64,000 nucleotides of DNA from an uncultured Gemmatimonadales bacterium (GTDB lineage: Bacteria > Gemmatimonadota > Gemmatimonadetes > Gemmatimonadales > GWC2-71-9). The notes under the pieces are model-generated. The model saw nothing but the letters and a program-made list of their open reading frames with translations, did not search any database and was not told the origin of the DNA. The stretch is from the NCBI GenBank assembly GCA_963751925.1, contig CAVVWJ010000002.1:278292-342291 (forward strand). Reading direction: 5' to 3'. Shown piece after piece: positions 19,336 through 28,885 of the stretch. Made by a program: the position numbers and the translations under genes. The first letter of the stretch is position 1, and the number at the start of each line of letters is the position of its first letter.

Positions 19336-21666
19336 GTGAGTCAGCCTGCCAGACCGGCTCCCTACCTTGCGGCCTTGGGTGTGGTCTTGCTGGTACTGGC
19401 CGGGTATGTCCTGACTCTCGCGCCTACGGTGACATTCTGGGATGCCGGTGAGTTCATCGCCGCGGCCAAGACCCTCGGTATCCCCCATCCTCCAGGAACA
19501 CCGCTGTTTGTCTTGATCGCGCACGTCTGGGCGATGCTGGTGCCGATAGGCGAATATGCGGTCCGCACCAACTTCTTGAGTGCGCTGCTGAGTGCGACTG
19601 GCGCCGGCTTCTTCTTCCTGGTGGCGCACGAGTCCATCCGCCATATCTCAGCCAATTCCGACGCCGCTTCCACTCGGCTGCTCTCTCTGGGCGGTGGTGG
19701 CGCAGCTGCTCTCCTCGGCGCTTTCACCTTCACCAACTGGCAGAACTCGAACGAGACCGAAGTCTACGCCGTGGCCACGTGCACCATCGCCGCCATGAGC
19801 TGGCTGGCGCACGTCTGGCGCAGCGCTAGAGGTACCGATCGTGCGCCGCGTTTGCTCCTGCTCATCGTCTATCTCGCCGGCATTTCAATCGGCAACCACC
19901 TGCTCGCGCTGCTCGCCGGGCCGGCCATCATTCTGTTCCTCATCAGCACACTCCGTGAATCACCTGCCCTCGATGCGCGCACTCGACGAACCGAGTGGGC
20001 CCAGGTGGCAGTCGTGGCGGGGATCTGGGCGCTTCTGATCGGCACCGGGCTCGGCAGCACAGCTCTCATAACCCTCGGCGGAATCTGCTTTGGGGCCGCC
20101 GCGGTGTACGCGTTCAGCGGGAACGCGGGACTGTTTGCACTCCTCACTCTCTTCATCGCTTGTGTGGGGATCACGCCGTACCTCTATCTGTACATCAGGT
20201 CCGCCCAGAACCCTCCGATCAACGAGGCGGCTCCGGCCACCTTCGATGCGCTGCTCGCCGTGATCCGGCGGGCACAATATCCTCCTCGCACGCCACTGGA
20301 CGATCCTACGGTCGCGAGCGGTACCGACAATCCAGGTCGAACGATAGGGCTGATTGGTATCCAGCTCGCGGACTACATTGTCTACTTCACCTGGCAGTGG
20401 GCCAAATCCCTTGCTCTCTGGGGACAGGTTGCCGTAACACTCCTGTTCGTGGCTCTTGGACTCCGCGGAGCGGTGGCACAGCGGCGAGCCGACCGGCCGG
20501 CGTGGTGGCTCCTCACCAGCCTGTTTCTCGTGACCGGCCTCGGCCTCGTGTTCTACATGAACTTCAAGCCAGGCTTTGGCCGCTGGTTCGACAGCTATCC
20601 CTCCGGCGCCGCGCATGAGGTGCGGGAGCGGGACTACTTCTTCGTGGTGAGCTTCATCGTGTGGGGACTGTGGGCAGGGATGGGGCTGGTTCTGCTGGCC
20701 CGGGCGATGCTGGCGCGATCCGAGCTCGTTCGCAGTCTCGCCCCCACGGTCTTCGTCCTCGCGGCGATTCCGCTGGTGTTCAACTGGAGCGCGGCTTCGC
20801 GGCGCCACGGGGCCGATGCTCGCCTGGCAGCGGACTTCGCCTATGACCTGCTCAACAGCGCACCACCCTATGGCATCCTCTTTACCTACGGCGATAATGA
20901 CACCTTTCCGCTCTGGTGGGGCCAGGAGGTAGCCGGAATCCGCCAGGATGTGACTGTGGTGTGCCTGGCCCTCGCCAATACCGACTGGTATATGCGGCAG
21001 CTACGAGATGCGCCGGTGCGTCCCTTGGACCGGACTGCGCTGCCTCCGGTCTGGCAGGGCAGTGTGGTAGTTCCCCCCAAACGGCCGCTGCACGCGATGT
21101 CCGACTCCATGATCAGCGCCGCGATGCTCGGTTACGCAGTACAGCAGACCCAGCAGCTCACATTCGGACCGCTGACACGCTCGCTCGAGGCGGGGACTTA
21201 TCTGCTGCCTAACGACCTTCTCACGCTGAGCGTGGTGCGGCAGAACGTCGGCAGCCGGCCCATAGTGTGGGCCATCACCGCCGGCAGGGAGTACGGTGGC
21301 TTTGCCGACTATGTGGTTCAGCAGGGGCTGGGCTTTGTGCTCCGGACCTCACGCCCGGACACTACTTCACCGGCTTTGGACCTCAGGAGATTGGCCGGGG
21401 CTCCCTTGGACGTTCCTACCACCGAACGGCTGCTCTGGGAGACCTACCGCTACGGCGGGCTGCTCCACGGGGACGTCACCAAACTCGAAAGCACCAGCGC
21501 GAGCATTGCGTCTACTCTCTCCCTCCCGTTCACCCAGCTGGCATATGCCTATAGCGGGCGGGGACAACAGGAAAAGATGCAGCGGGCCCTCGATCGCGCG
21601 GTGCAACTCTCACCCAATCCAGCGCTGCGGGCGGCTCTGGCCGAACTGCGGGTGAAGGGAGACTAA
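19336..21666 (+). CDS. DUF2723-family polytopic membrane protein (glycosyltransferase-C-like) with C-terminal helical repeats
   Basis: The signature TVTFWDAGEFIAAAKTLGIPHPPGTPLF is typical of DUF2723. There are more than 10 hydrophobic helices and a large C-terminal soluble part. GTG start lies immediately after the folP stop. Confidence 0.8.
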   Translation: MSQPARPAPYLAALGVVLLVLAGYVLTLAPTVTFWDAGEFIAAAKTLGIPHPPGTPLFVLIAHVWAMLVPIGEYAVRTNFLSALLSATGAGFFFLVAHESIRHISANSDAASTRLLSLGGGGAAALLGAFTFTNWQNSNETEVYAVATCTIAAMSWLAHVWRSARGTDRAPRLLLLIVYLAGISIGNHLLALLAGPAIILFLISTLRESPALDARTRRTEWAQVAVVAGIWALLIGTGLGSTALITLGGICFGAAAVYAFSGNAGLFALLTLFIACVGITPYLYLYIRSAQNPPINEAAPATFDALLAVIRRAQYPPRTPLDDPTVASGTDNPGRTIGLIGIQLADYIVYFTWQWAKSLALWGQVAVTLLFVALGLRGAVAQRRADRPAWWLLTSLFLVTGLGLVFYMNFKPGFGRWFDSYPSGAAHEVRERDYFFVVSFIVWGLWAGMGLVLLARAMLARSELVRSLAPTVFVLAAIPLVFNWSAASRRHGADARLAADFAYDLLNSAPPYGILFTYGDNDTFPLWWGQEVAGIRQDVTVVCLALANTDWYMRQLRDAPVRPLDRTALPPVWQGSVVVPPKRPLHAMSDSMISAAMLGYAVQQTQQLTFGPLTRSLEAGTYLLPNDLLTLSVVRQNVGSRPIVWAITAGREYGGFADYVVQQGLGFVLRTSRPDTTSPALDLRRLAGAPLDVPTTERLLWETYRYGGLLHGDVTKLESTSASIASTLSLPFTQLAYAYSGRGQQEKMQRALDRAVQLSPNPALRAALAELRVKGD

Positions 21667-21726
21667 GCCTTTTCCCATCCACCCCATCCTTCTATAAGTA
21701 GTGACCCCCCGATAAATTACAGGGCT

Positions 21727-22413
21727 ATGAACTTCCCAGGCCTCCGGGCTCGGCTCGCCGAAGTGCGCGAGACTGTGGCCCGCCGACAGGAGGCCTCCGG
21801 CTGGAATCACCCGGTGCGGATCGTCGGAGTCACCAAGACTCACGGCCCGGAAGCAGTGGTCGAGGCCGCTGCCGCGGGACTGACAGACGTCGGCGAGAAT
21901 CGGGTGCAGGAGGCGCTACAGAAACAGGACGCGCTGTCGGGATTGTCTGTTCAGTGGCACCTGATCGGTACCCTGCAGAAGAACAAGGCTCGTCATGCGA
22001 TCGGCCGGTTTGCCCTGATCCATTCGGTGGATCGGATCGATCTGGCGGAAGAGCTTCACCGCCGCATGTCCGAAGGCCAAAGGCAGCGAGTTCTGGTGCA
22101 GGTGAACTGTTCCCGGGAAGAGCAGAAAGGCGGCGTCTCGCCCGAACAGCTCCCCTGGTTGCTGGATCAGCTTCGAACGCTGGAGCGGCTGGATGTGACC
22201 GGGCTTATGACGATGAGCGCTCTGACGGACGATACCGGCGAGCAACGCCGAGCCTTCCGGCTTCTCAGAAACTTGAGAGACGAGTGTGCTCGGGCGGGGC
22301 ACCGTCTTCCTGAGCTATCGATGGGCATGTCGGGCGACTACCCCATAGCGGTCGAGGAAGGGGCAACGATGATCCGGCTCGGTACCATCCTGTTTGGTGA
22401 GCGCAGCGCATGA
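21727..22413 (+). CDS. yggS: YggS-family pyridoxal-phosphate homeostasis protein
   Basis: VTKTHGPEAV...VGENRVQEA, WHLIGTLQKNK, MTMS and LSMGMSGDY are YggS/YlmE motifs. Confidence 0.9.
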   Translation: MNFPGLRARLAEVRETVARRQEASGWNHPVRIVGVTKTHGPEAVVEAAAAGLTDVGENRVQEALQKQDALSGLSVQWHLIGTLQKNKARHAIGRFALIHSVDRIDLAEELHRRMSEGQRQRVLVQVNCSREEQKGGVSPEQLPWLLDQLRTLERLDVTGLMTMSALTDDTGEQRRAFRLLRNLRDECARAGHRLPELSMGMSGDYPIAVEEGATMIRLGTILFGERSA

Positions 22414-22928
22414 GCGATGATGCCTTCCATCTGACGCCACTCGATGTGCGCTCGCAGGAGTTCGTTCGTGCCATGCGCGGATATGATCGGGCGCAGGTCG
22501 ACGAGTTCAAGCTCGCAATCTCCGAGGAGCTGGAACGGCTCCTGCGAGATAAGGTGCAGACCGAAGAGCGGCTGCGCAGCGCCCAGGAGCAGCTGCGGGC
22601 GTTCCGGGATCGAGAGAGGGCCATGAACGAGGCGCTCGTCGCCGCGCAGCAGCTCCGGGTTGACAGCCGGGCCCAGGCGGAGCGTGAGGCGGAGTTGGTC
22701 CTGCGCGAGGCCAAGGCCGAAGCGGAGCGGATTCTCGAGCGTGCCCGGCAAGAGGAGGCGCAAGTTCGGGAGCGTGCCGATGGCGCGGCCCGCCAGTTTA
22801 CCACCTACGTCGCGAGCTTCCGTACGCTGCTCGAGCGCCACCTGGGTGAAGTCGACGGATTGCAGCGGCGTGCCCGTCCCGGCGGAGCCGAGCCGCCTGA
22901 CGAATCTCCGCTGGGACAAAAAGGATGA
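22410..22928 (+). CDS. DivIVA-domain protein
   Basis: LTPLDVRSQEFVRAMRGYDRAQVDEFKLAISEELERL is the DivIVA N-terminal lipid-binding domain, followed by a coiled coil. ATGA overlap with yggS. Confidence 0.85.
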   Translation: MSDDAFHLTPLDVRSQEFVRAMRGYDRAQVDEFKLAISEELERLLRDKVQTEERLRSAQEQLRAFRDRERAMNEALVAAQQLRVDSRAQAEREAELVLREAKAEAERILERARQEEAQVRERADGAARQFTTYVASFRTLLERHLGEVDGLQRRARPGGAEPPDESPLGQKG

Positions 22929-23758
22929 CGGCTGCGCCGCCACTGTTCGATCGAATCCAGGTCGCCGTCGGAGTCGTTCGGAAGCAGTGCAGGCTGGTGC
23001 CTGACGTCGGGCTCATCCTGGGGACTGGATTGGGCGGTCTGGCGCGAGAGATCGAGGTAGAGTCGTCCATCTCCTACGAGCAGATCCCCGGCTTTCCGCT
23101 CTCGACCGTCGAGACCCACGCTGGTCGCCTGCTTCTGGGCCGGCTGGGTAACCGGCCCGTGGTTGCGATGCAGGGGCGCTTCCACCGGTATGAGGGATAC
23201 AGTCTGGCGGAGGTCACGTTTCCAGTGCGGGTGATGCGCGCGCTGGGAGCTGGGTCGCTCGTCGTTTCCAACGCATGTGGTGGGATGAATCCGTTGTGGA
23301 GTCCGGGTGACCTGGTGCTGCTGAGCGATCATATCAATCTGCTGGGAGATAATCCGCTGGTTGGAGCCAACGATGACCGATTGGGGCCTCGCTTCCCCGA
23401 CATGTCGGCCCCGTATGATCCCGACCTCCGTGCCCAGGCGCGCGCCGCGGCCATCGAGCTCGGCATCGTGCTCCGCGAGGGCGTCTATGTTGCCGTCCCG
23501 GGTCCGAACCTCGAGACTCGCGCCGAGTATCGCATGCTCCGGATGATGGGTGCGGACGTCGTCGGCATGTCTACCGTGCCCGAGGTCATCGTCGCAAATC
23601 ACGCCGGAATGCGCACTGTTGGCATCTCCATCATCACCGACCAGTGCTTGCCTGATGCCCTCGAGCCGGCCGACATCGGCAGGATCATCGCGACGGCAGA
23701 GCGGGCCGAGCCGTCGTTGACGCGTCTGGTAACCCGGGTAGTGGAGCAGGTGCACTGA
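22925..23758 (+). CDS. purine nucleoside phosphorylase (trimeric PunA/PNP type)
   Basis: GLILGTGLGGLA, GFPLSTVETHAGRLLLG, AMQGRFHRYEGY, SNACGG, GPNLETRAEYRML, GADVVGMSTVPEV. Confidence 0.9.
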   Translation: MTAAPPLFDRIQVAVGVVRKQCRLVPDVGLILGTGLGGLAREIEVESSISYEQIPGFPLSTVETHAGRLLLGRLGNRPVVAMQGRFHRYEGYSLAEVTFPVRVMRALGAGSLVVSNACGGMNPLWSPGDLVLLSDHINLLGDNPLVGANDDRLGPRFPDMSAPYDPDLRAQARAAAIELGIVLREGVYVAVPGPNLETRAEYRMLRMMGADVVGMSTVPEVIVANHAGMRTVGISIITDQCLPDALEPADIGRIIATAERAEPSLTRLVTRVVEQVH

Positions 23759-26700
23759 TGGCGTTTCCTACCTGGCCGGACGTTTCCCCCAACCAGCTGG
23801 AGCAGCGGCAGCTCGAGCTTTGGAAATCGGAAGGGCTCTTCAGCAAGACGATCGAGGCGGGGCGCAACGGCCGTCCGTTCGTGTTCTATGAAGGTCCCCC
23901 GACCGCCAACGGACGGCCCGGCATCCATCACGTCTTCGCCCGTACCATCAAGGACCTGGTCTGCCGCTTCCACGCCATGCAGGGCGAGTCGGTGACGCGC
24001 ATGGCCGGCTGGGATACTCACGGCCTGCCGGTCGAGATCGAGGTCGAGAAAGAGCTGGAGCTCAGCGGCAAGAAGGACATCGAGCGGTTCGGGGTGGAGC
24101 AGTTCAATGCCCGAGCCCGGCAGAGCGTATTCAAGTATCAGTCCGAATGGGAGAACCTCTCCGACCGGATCGGCTACTGGCTCGACTACGAGCATCCGTA
24201 CGTCACCTGCAGCAATGACTACATCGAGAGTGTGTGGTGGCTGCTGCATCGGTTGCACGAACGGAACCTGCTGTATCGCGGGCATCGCGTGCTGCCATAC
24301 TGCCCACGTTGCGGCACGGTGCTCTCGAGTCACGAGCTGGCGCAAGGCTACGAAACCGTCACTACCAACTCGGTGTACGTGACCTTTCCCCTGGAGGACG
24401 ATCCCTCAACCCAACTCCTGGTCTGGACCACCACCCCCTGGACGTTGCTGTCGAACGTTGCCGTCGCCGTGAATCCGGATCTGGAATATGGCGAGTACGC
24501 GGTAGGTGACCGGCGCATCATTCTCGCCACGTCACGCGCTTCTCTTTCAAGCGGATCCCAGCGAGGCGCGCCGAGCTTCGCCGAGCTTGGTGCCGTCCGC
24601 ACCTTCGCTGGTCGCGAGCTGATCGGCCGGAGATATCTCCGACCACTCGAAGTGGTTCCGCTTCCGGACGACCGGGTGTCGCGACAGATCGTGGCCGGCG
24701 AGTTCGTGACCGCCGATGACGGATCTGGACTGGTCCACCTGGCTCCCGCATTTGGAGCGGACGACTTCCAGGCCGGCGTCGAGCATGGCTTGGCTTTGGT
24801 TCGGCCCGTAGCTGCCGACGGGACTTTCACCGGCACCACCTGGCCCGAGATCGAAGGACGGCTGGTCACGGCTCGGGAAACCAACGATCTGATCATTCAG
24901 CGGCTGAAGCAAGAAGGGCGCTGGCATCTCACAGAGCCGTACACCCACACGTATCCCCATTGCTGGCGCTGTGCCAGCCCGCTGATCTACTATGCGCGCG
25001 ACTCCTGGTTCGTTCGTACTACCTCGGCCAGGGAGCGGATGCTGGAAGTCAACCGCCAGGTCGACTGGCATCCGCCGGAAGTCGGGGCCGGGCGCTTTGG
25101 CGAATGGCTGGAAAACAACGTGGATTGGGCCTTGTCACGCGACCGTTACTGGGGCACGCCGCTTCCGGTGTGGGTATGTGAGGACGATCCATCACACTTC
25201 GAGGTGATCGCCAGCTATGCCCGTCTGGCGGAGCGATGGGGCCGTCCGCTGCCCGAGGGTTTCGATCCGCACAAGCCATTCATCGATGGGTACAGTTGGG
25301 CCTGCCGCTGCGGAGGCTTGATGCGCCGCACGCCCGAGGTGATCGATACCTGGTTCGACTCCGGCGCCATGCCTTATGCCCAGTGGCACTATCCGTTCGA
25401 GCATCAGGAGGAATTCGCTGCTCATTTCCCGGCCGACTTCATTTGTGAGGGAGTGGACCAGACCCGTGGATGGTTTTACTCGCTGCTGGCAATCGCGGTA
25501 ACCGCATTCGACAGCCCGGCATATCGGCACGTGATCGTCAACGAGCTGGTCCTCGATCCCGAGGGCCAGAAGATGTCGAAGAGCCGCGGCAATGTGGTGA
25601 ATCCATGGGACATGATCGAGGAGTTCGGTGCCGACACAATCCGCCTCTATCTCCTCGCGTCCAGTCAGGTCTGGCTGCCCAAGCGCTTCGACCCTCGGTC
25701 AATTCCGCAGGTAGCCGGCAAGTTCTTTAATGCGCTGAAGAACAGTTACCGGTTTTTCGCTGACTATGCCGGTGACTGGAATCCGGCAGACGCGCCTCCC
25801 GCGTCGGAGCGGCCGCTGGTGGATCGCTGGCTCCTGAGTCGTCTGGAGGCCACCGTGGAAGCTGTGTCGGCGTCCTGGAGCGGATACGATGTTACCACCG
25901 GGGTACGGGCCATCATGGACTTCCTGCTGGAGGACGTCTCCCAGTGGTACGTCCGGATCAATCGGGCCCGATTCTGGGCCCCGGACACTGTGCCCGATCC
26001 CGCCGCGCTGGCGACCTTGCATGAGGCGCTGGCCACGATAAGCCGACTGCTCGCCCCTGCCGCGCCATTCGTCAGCGACTGGCTGCATCGGGCGCTCACG
26101 GGAACATCCGTGCACCTGGCGCGGTTTCCCGAAGCACGAAACCATCGGACCTTGGAGCTGGAGAGCTCGATGGATGCGGTTCGGCGGCTGGCGTCCCTGG
26201 CGCACTCGGCTCGGGAAGAGAAGAACCTGCGCGTGCGGCAGCCGCTCGGCCGGATGCAGGTGGCTGTCCCCGCTGGGGTACGGGGTCCCGTCCTGAACCA
26301 GCTACTCGAGCTGCTGCAAGCGGAAGTAAACGTGAAGGAGATCGAGATCGTCGCCTCTGACACCGACCTGGTCCGCCTGCGGCCCAAGCCGAACTTTCGA
26401 AGCCTGGGCAAGAAGTACGGCAAGCGGACTCCGGCAGTTGCTGCAGCCGCGGCATCACTCACGCTGGGCCAGCTCCAGAGCCTGGAAAACGGTACGCCCG
26501 CCATGCTGGAGCTGGAGGGGGAGTGGGTGACGTATCTGCCCGAGGATGTGGCTGTCGAACGAGACGTCGCCAGCGACTGGTCGGTCCAGAGCAGCGGCCC
26601 GTTCGTGGTGGCGCTCGATCCTCGTCTGGACGAGGAGCTCCGGCGCGAGGGGCTCGCGCGGGAAGTGGTGAACCGGGTCCAGCGGATCCGGAAGGAAGCC

Positions 26701-26946
26701 GGCTATGTCTATAGCGACAGAATTGCACTCTGGATCGACGGCGATGCCGCCGTCGTCGAAGCTGCGCGAGGTCACGCGGACTTCATCCGGGGAGAGACCC
26801 TCGCGCGCTGTCTCGAGCTGTTTGCTCGTGCTCCCGCCGCCGATCTGGAGCAGCGGGTGGACATCGATGGGCACGAGGTGGTGGTGGGAGTTCAACGATA
26901 TCAGGACGGCCGGCATTCAGACGGCCCTCAACCCAGGGACGCGTAA
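23758..26946 (+). CDS. ileS: isoleucine--tRNA ligase (type 2 architecture)
   Basis: HIGH region PPTANGRPGIHHV and KMSKS at KMSKSRGN. Also CP1 editing domain, Zn-finger-like CPRCGT and HCWRC, and a type-2-style C-terminus. Confidence 0.97.
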   Translation: MAFPTWPDVSPNQLEQRQLELWKSEGLFSKTIEAGRNGRPFVFYEGPPTANGRPGIHHVFARTIKDLVCRFHAMQGESVTRMAGWDTHGLPVEIEVEKELELSGKKDIERFGVEQFNARARQSVFKYQSEWENLSDRIGYWLDYEHPYVTCSNDYIESVWWLLHRLHERNLLYRGHRVLPYCPRCGTVLSSHELAQGYETVTTNSVYVTFPLEDDPSTQLLVWTTTPWTLLSNVAVAVNPDLEYGEYAVGDRRIILATSRASLSSGSQRGAPSFAELGAVRTFAGRELIGRRYLRPLEVVPLPDDRVSRQIVAGEFVTADDGSGLVHLAPAFGADDFQAGVEHGLALVRPVAADGTFTGTTWPEIEGRLVTARETNDLIIQRLKQEGRWHLTEPYTHTYPHCWRCASPLIYYARDSWFVRTTSARERMLEVNRQVDWHPPEVGAGRFGEWLENNVDWALSRDRYWGTPLPVWVCEDDPSHFEVIASYARLAERWGRPLPEGFDPHKPFIDGYSWACRCGGLMRRTPEVIDTWFDSGAMPYAQWHYPFEHQEEFAAHFPADFICEGVDQTRGWFYSLLAIAVTAFDSPAYRHVIVNELVLDPEGQKMSKSRGNVVNPWDMIEEFGADTIRLYLLASSQVWLPKRFDPRSIPQVAGKFFNALKNSYRFFADYAGDWNPADAPPASERPLVDRWLLSRLEATVEAVSASWSGYDVTTGVRAIMDFLLEDVSQWYVRINRARFWAPDTVPDPAALATLHEALATISRLLAPAAPFVSDWLHRALTGTSVHLARFPEARNHRTLELESSMDAVRRLASLAHSAREEKNLRVRQPLGRMQVAVPAGVRGPVLNQLLELLQAEVNVKEIEIVASDTDLVRLRPKPNFRSLGKKYGKRTPAVAAAAASLTLGQLQSLENGTPAMLELEGEWVTYLPEDVAVERDVASDWSVQSSGPFVVALDPRLDEELRREGLAREVVNRVQRIRKEAGYVYSDRIALWIDGDAAVVEAARGHADFIRGETLARCLELFARAPAADLEQRVDIDGHEVVVGVQRYQDGRHSDGPQPRDA

Positions 26947-27329
26947 TGAACAAGAAACAGCTCGGTCATCTCGAGAAGCGCCTGATGGAGGAGCGCGCTC
27001 GCGTCATGAAGGAATTGGGCTACTATGACGAGTCATTCAATACCAGCTTGCAATCCTCCGACGGCGATCTCTCCTCCTATTCCTTTCACATGGCGGATCA
27101 GGGCACCGACGCGATGGAGCGCGAGAAGCAGTTTCTGTTCGCCTCCCAGGAGGGGCGCTATCTCTGGCATGTGAACGAGGCGCTCCGCCGGCTCTACGGC
27201 AACCCGGAAAAGTTTGGCCACTGCCAGCAATGCGGGCAGGAGATCAACTTCGAGCGGCTCGATGCGCTTCCGCATGCCCGGCTCTGCATCACGTGCAAGG
27301 AGAAAGAAGAAGATGGCAAACGACGCTGA
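26946..27329 (+). CDS. DksA/TraR-family C4 zinc-finger protein
   Basis: C-terminal CQQCGQEINFERLDALPHARLCITC with an N-terminal coiled coil. Same position as B. subtilis ylyA between ileS and lspA. Confidence 0.85.
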   Translation: MNKKQLGHLEKRLMEERARVMKELGYYDESFNTSLQSSDGDLSSYSFHMADQGTDAMEREKQFLFASQEGRYLWHVNEALRRLYGNPEKFGHCQQCGQEINFERLDALPHARLCITCKEKEEDGKRR

Positions 27330-27888
27330 CCCTTCGCTCCGGTCAGCGCCGGGTCCTGCGCTTCAGTCGGAGCAGGGGCTGCTCCCGGGTCCTACCCGCA
27401 GGGTATTCGTCGTAGCCGCGCTCGTCACCGTGGTTCTCGATCTGATCACCAAGTTGATCGCGGAGGCGACGCTGCTCCGCACACCGGGGGTGTCGGTCTT
27501 TGGGGACTGGTTTCAGCTTCGGCTGGTCTACAATCAGGGCGCGGCTTTCGGCCTTCACGTGGGACCGTACTCGCGCTGGATCTTCTTCGCCGTGGCGGTG
27601 GTGGCGGTGTTCGTTCTGACCAGAATGAGCCGAACCAGTCCCGCGGCCGACCACTTCCGCCAGCTGGCGCTCGGCCTGGTTGCGGGCGGTGCGGCCGGCA
27701 ATCTCATCGACCGGATCCGCAGCGCCCGCGGCGTCGTTGATTTTCTGGATGTAGGCATCGGCGCCCATCGCTGGCCAACCTTCAATTTGGCGGACATCGC
27801 GGTGAGCTGCGGAGCGCTCGCGCTGGCGATCTCGCTCTGGCGGGAGGACGCCACCCGGCCGGAACCGGAATCGGCTTCGGCTGCCTGA
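27313..27888 (+). CDS. lspA: lipoprotein signal peptidase II
   Basis: YNQGAAFG, AGNLIDR and FNLADIAVSCG, with four TM helices. ATG 27313 is preferred over the 27214 extension. Confidence 0.9.
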   Translation: MANDADPSLRSAPGPALQSEQGLLPGPTRRVFVVAALVTVVLDLITKLIAEATLLRTPGVSVFGDWFQLRLVYNQGAAFGLHVGPYSRWIFFAVAVVAVFVLTRMSRTSPAADHFRQLALGLVAGGAAGNLIDRIRSARGVVDFLDVGIGAHRWPTFNLADIAVSCGALALAISLWREDATRPEPESASAA

Positions 27889-28885
27889 TCTTACCTTCAC
27901 GGTCTCGGCCGATCTGACGGAGCGGCTCGACCGCTTTCTGGCCGATCAGCTGGGACTCTCGCGCACGCAGGCGGCGCGGCTGGTTGCTGACAAGCTGGTG
28001 GAGATCGATGGAAAGCCGGCCCGTGCCTCGCGGCTCATCGCAAAAGGTCAGCGCGTCACTGTCCGCATCCCCGATCAACAGCCGCCCCGGACCCTCCAAC
28101 CCAATCCGATCCCACTCTCAATTGTCTTTGAGGACGATGACCTCGCCGTCATCGATAAACCGGCCGGCCTGGTCGTACATCCGGCGCCGGGGCACTGGGA
28201 CGATACCCTGGTGAACGCGCTCGTAGCGCGCGGAACTACCCTATCCGGTGGAGCGGAGGGGCGGCCCGGTATCGTGCACCGTTTGGATCGGGATACCTCC
28301 GGCCTCATGATCATCGCCAAGACGGACCTGGCTCATCGCCGCCTGGGGGCTGCCATCGCCGCCCGCAGGGTGCGCCGAAGTTACGCCGCACTGGCCTGGG
28401 GCCACCTCGACTCCACCGAGCTTCGCATCGACGCCGCCATCGCCCGGCACCCCCAGGATCGAAAACGGATGGCTATTTCTCCCCTCGGCCGCACCGCGAG
28501 GACCGACGCCTCAGTAGTGGCACGATTCGGTGTCGCGGAGCTGCTCCGGCTGGAGCTTCATACCGGCCGCACCCATCAGATTCGGGTGCACCTGGAGCAC
28601 GTCGGCCACCCGATTGTGGGTGATCCGGTCTACGCCGGCGGCGGCAGCCGGCGGATCTCCGGCGCGGCCCGAAAAGCGGCCGAGCTGCTGGAGCGGGCGA
28701 CGCCCCGTCAAGCGCTCCACGCTGCTGCTCTGGCATTCCGCCATCCTCTGAGCGGAGCACCACTTGAGTTCCACTCCGAGTGGCCGACTGATTTACGTGC
28801 TGCACTGGTTGTCTTGGGTGGCCAAGAACTTGTTGCTCGCCCCGATCCCCTCAGCTATCTTCGGTTCTTTAATAGAGATGGCTAA
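27881..28885 (+). CDS. rluD: 23S rRNA pseudouridine synthase, RluD family (start uncertain)
   Basis: The catalytic motif HRLDRDTSGLMI and HQIRVHL are present. An S4 domain (ERLDRFLADQLGLSRTQAARLVADKLVEIDGKP) is encoded upstream of the first ATG/GTG/TTG (GTG 27998). The only start-like codon before it is CTG 27881. Confidence 0.8.
   Translation: MPDLTFTVSADLTERLDRFLADQLGLSRTQAARLVADKLVEIDGKPARASRLIAKGQRVTVRIPDQQPPRTLQPNPIPLSIVFEDDDLAVIDKPAGLVVHPAPGHWDDTLVNALVARGTTLSGGAEGRPGIVHRLDRDTSGLMIIAKTDLAHRRLGAAIAARRVRRSYAALAWGHLDSTELRIDAAIARHPQDRKRMAISPLGRTARTDASVVARFGVAELLRLELHTGRTHQIRVHLEHVGHPIVGDPVYAGGGSRRISGAARKAAELLERATPRQALHAAALAFRHPLSGAPLEFHSEWPTDLRAALVVLGGQELVARPDPLSYLRFFNRDG

Noticed and set aside
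21667-21726. Promoter hexamers upstream of yggS (TATAAG at 21693-21698, ATAAAT at 21712-21717).
   Set aside because: No convincing -35 element at proper spacing, and the promoter consensus for this lineage is unknown to me. Not reported as a feature.
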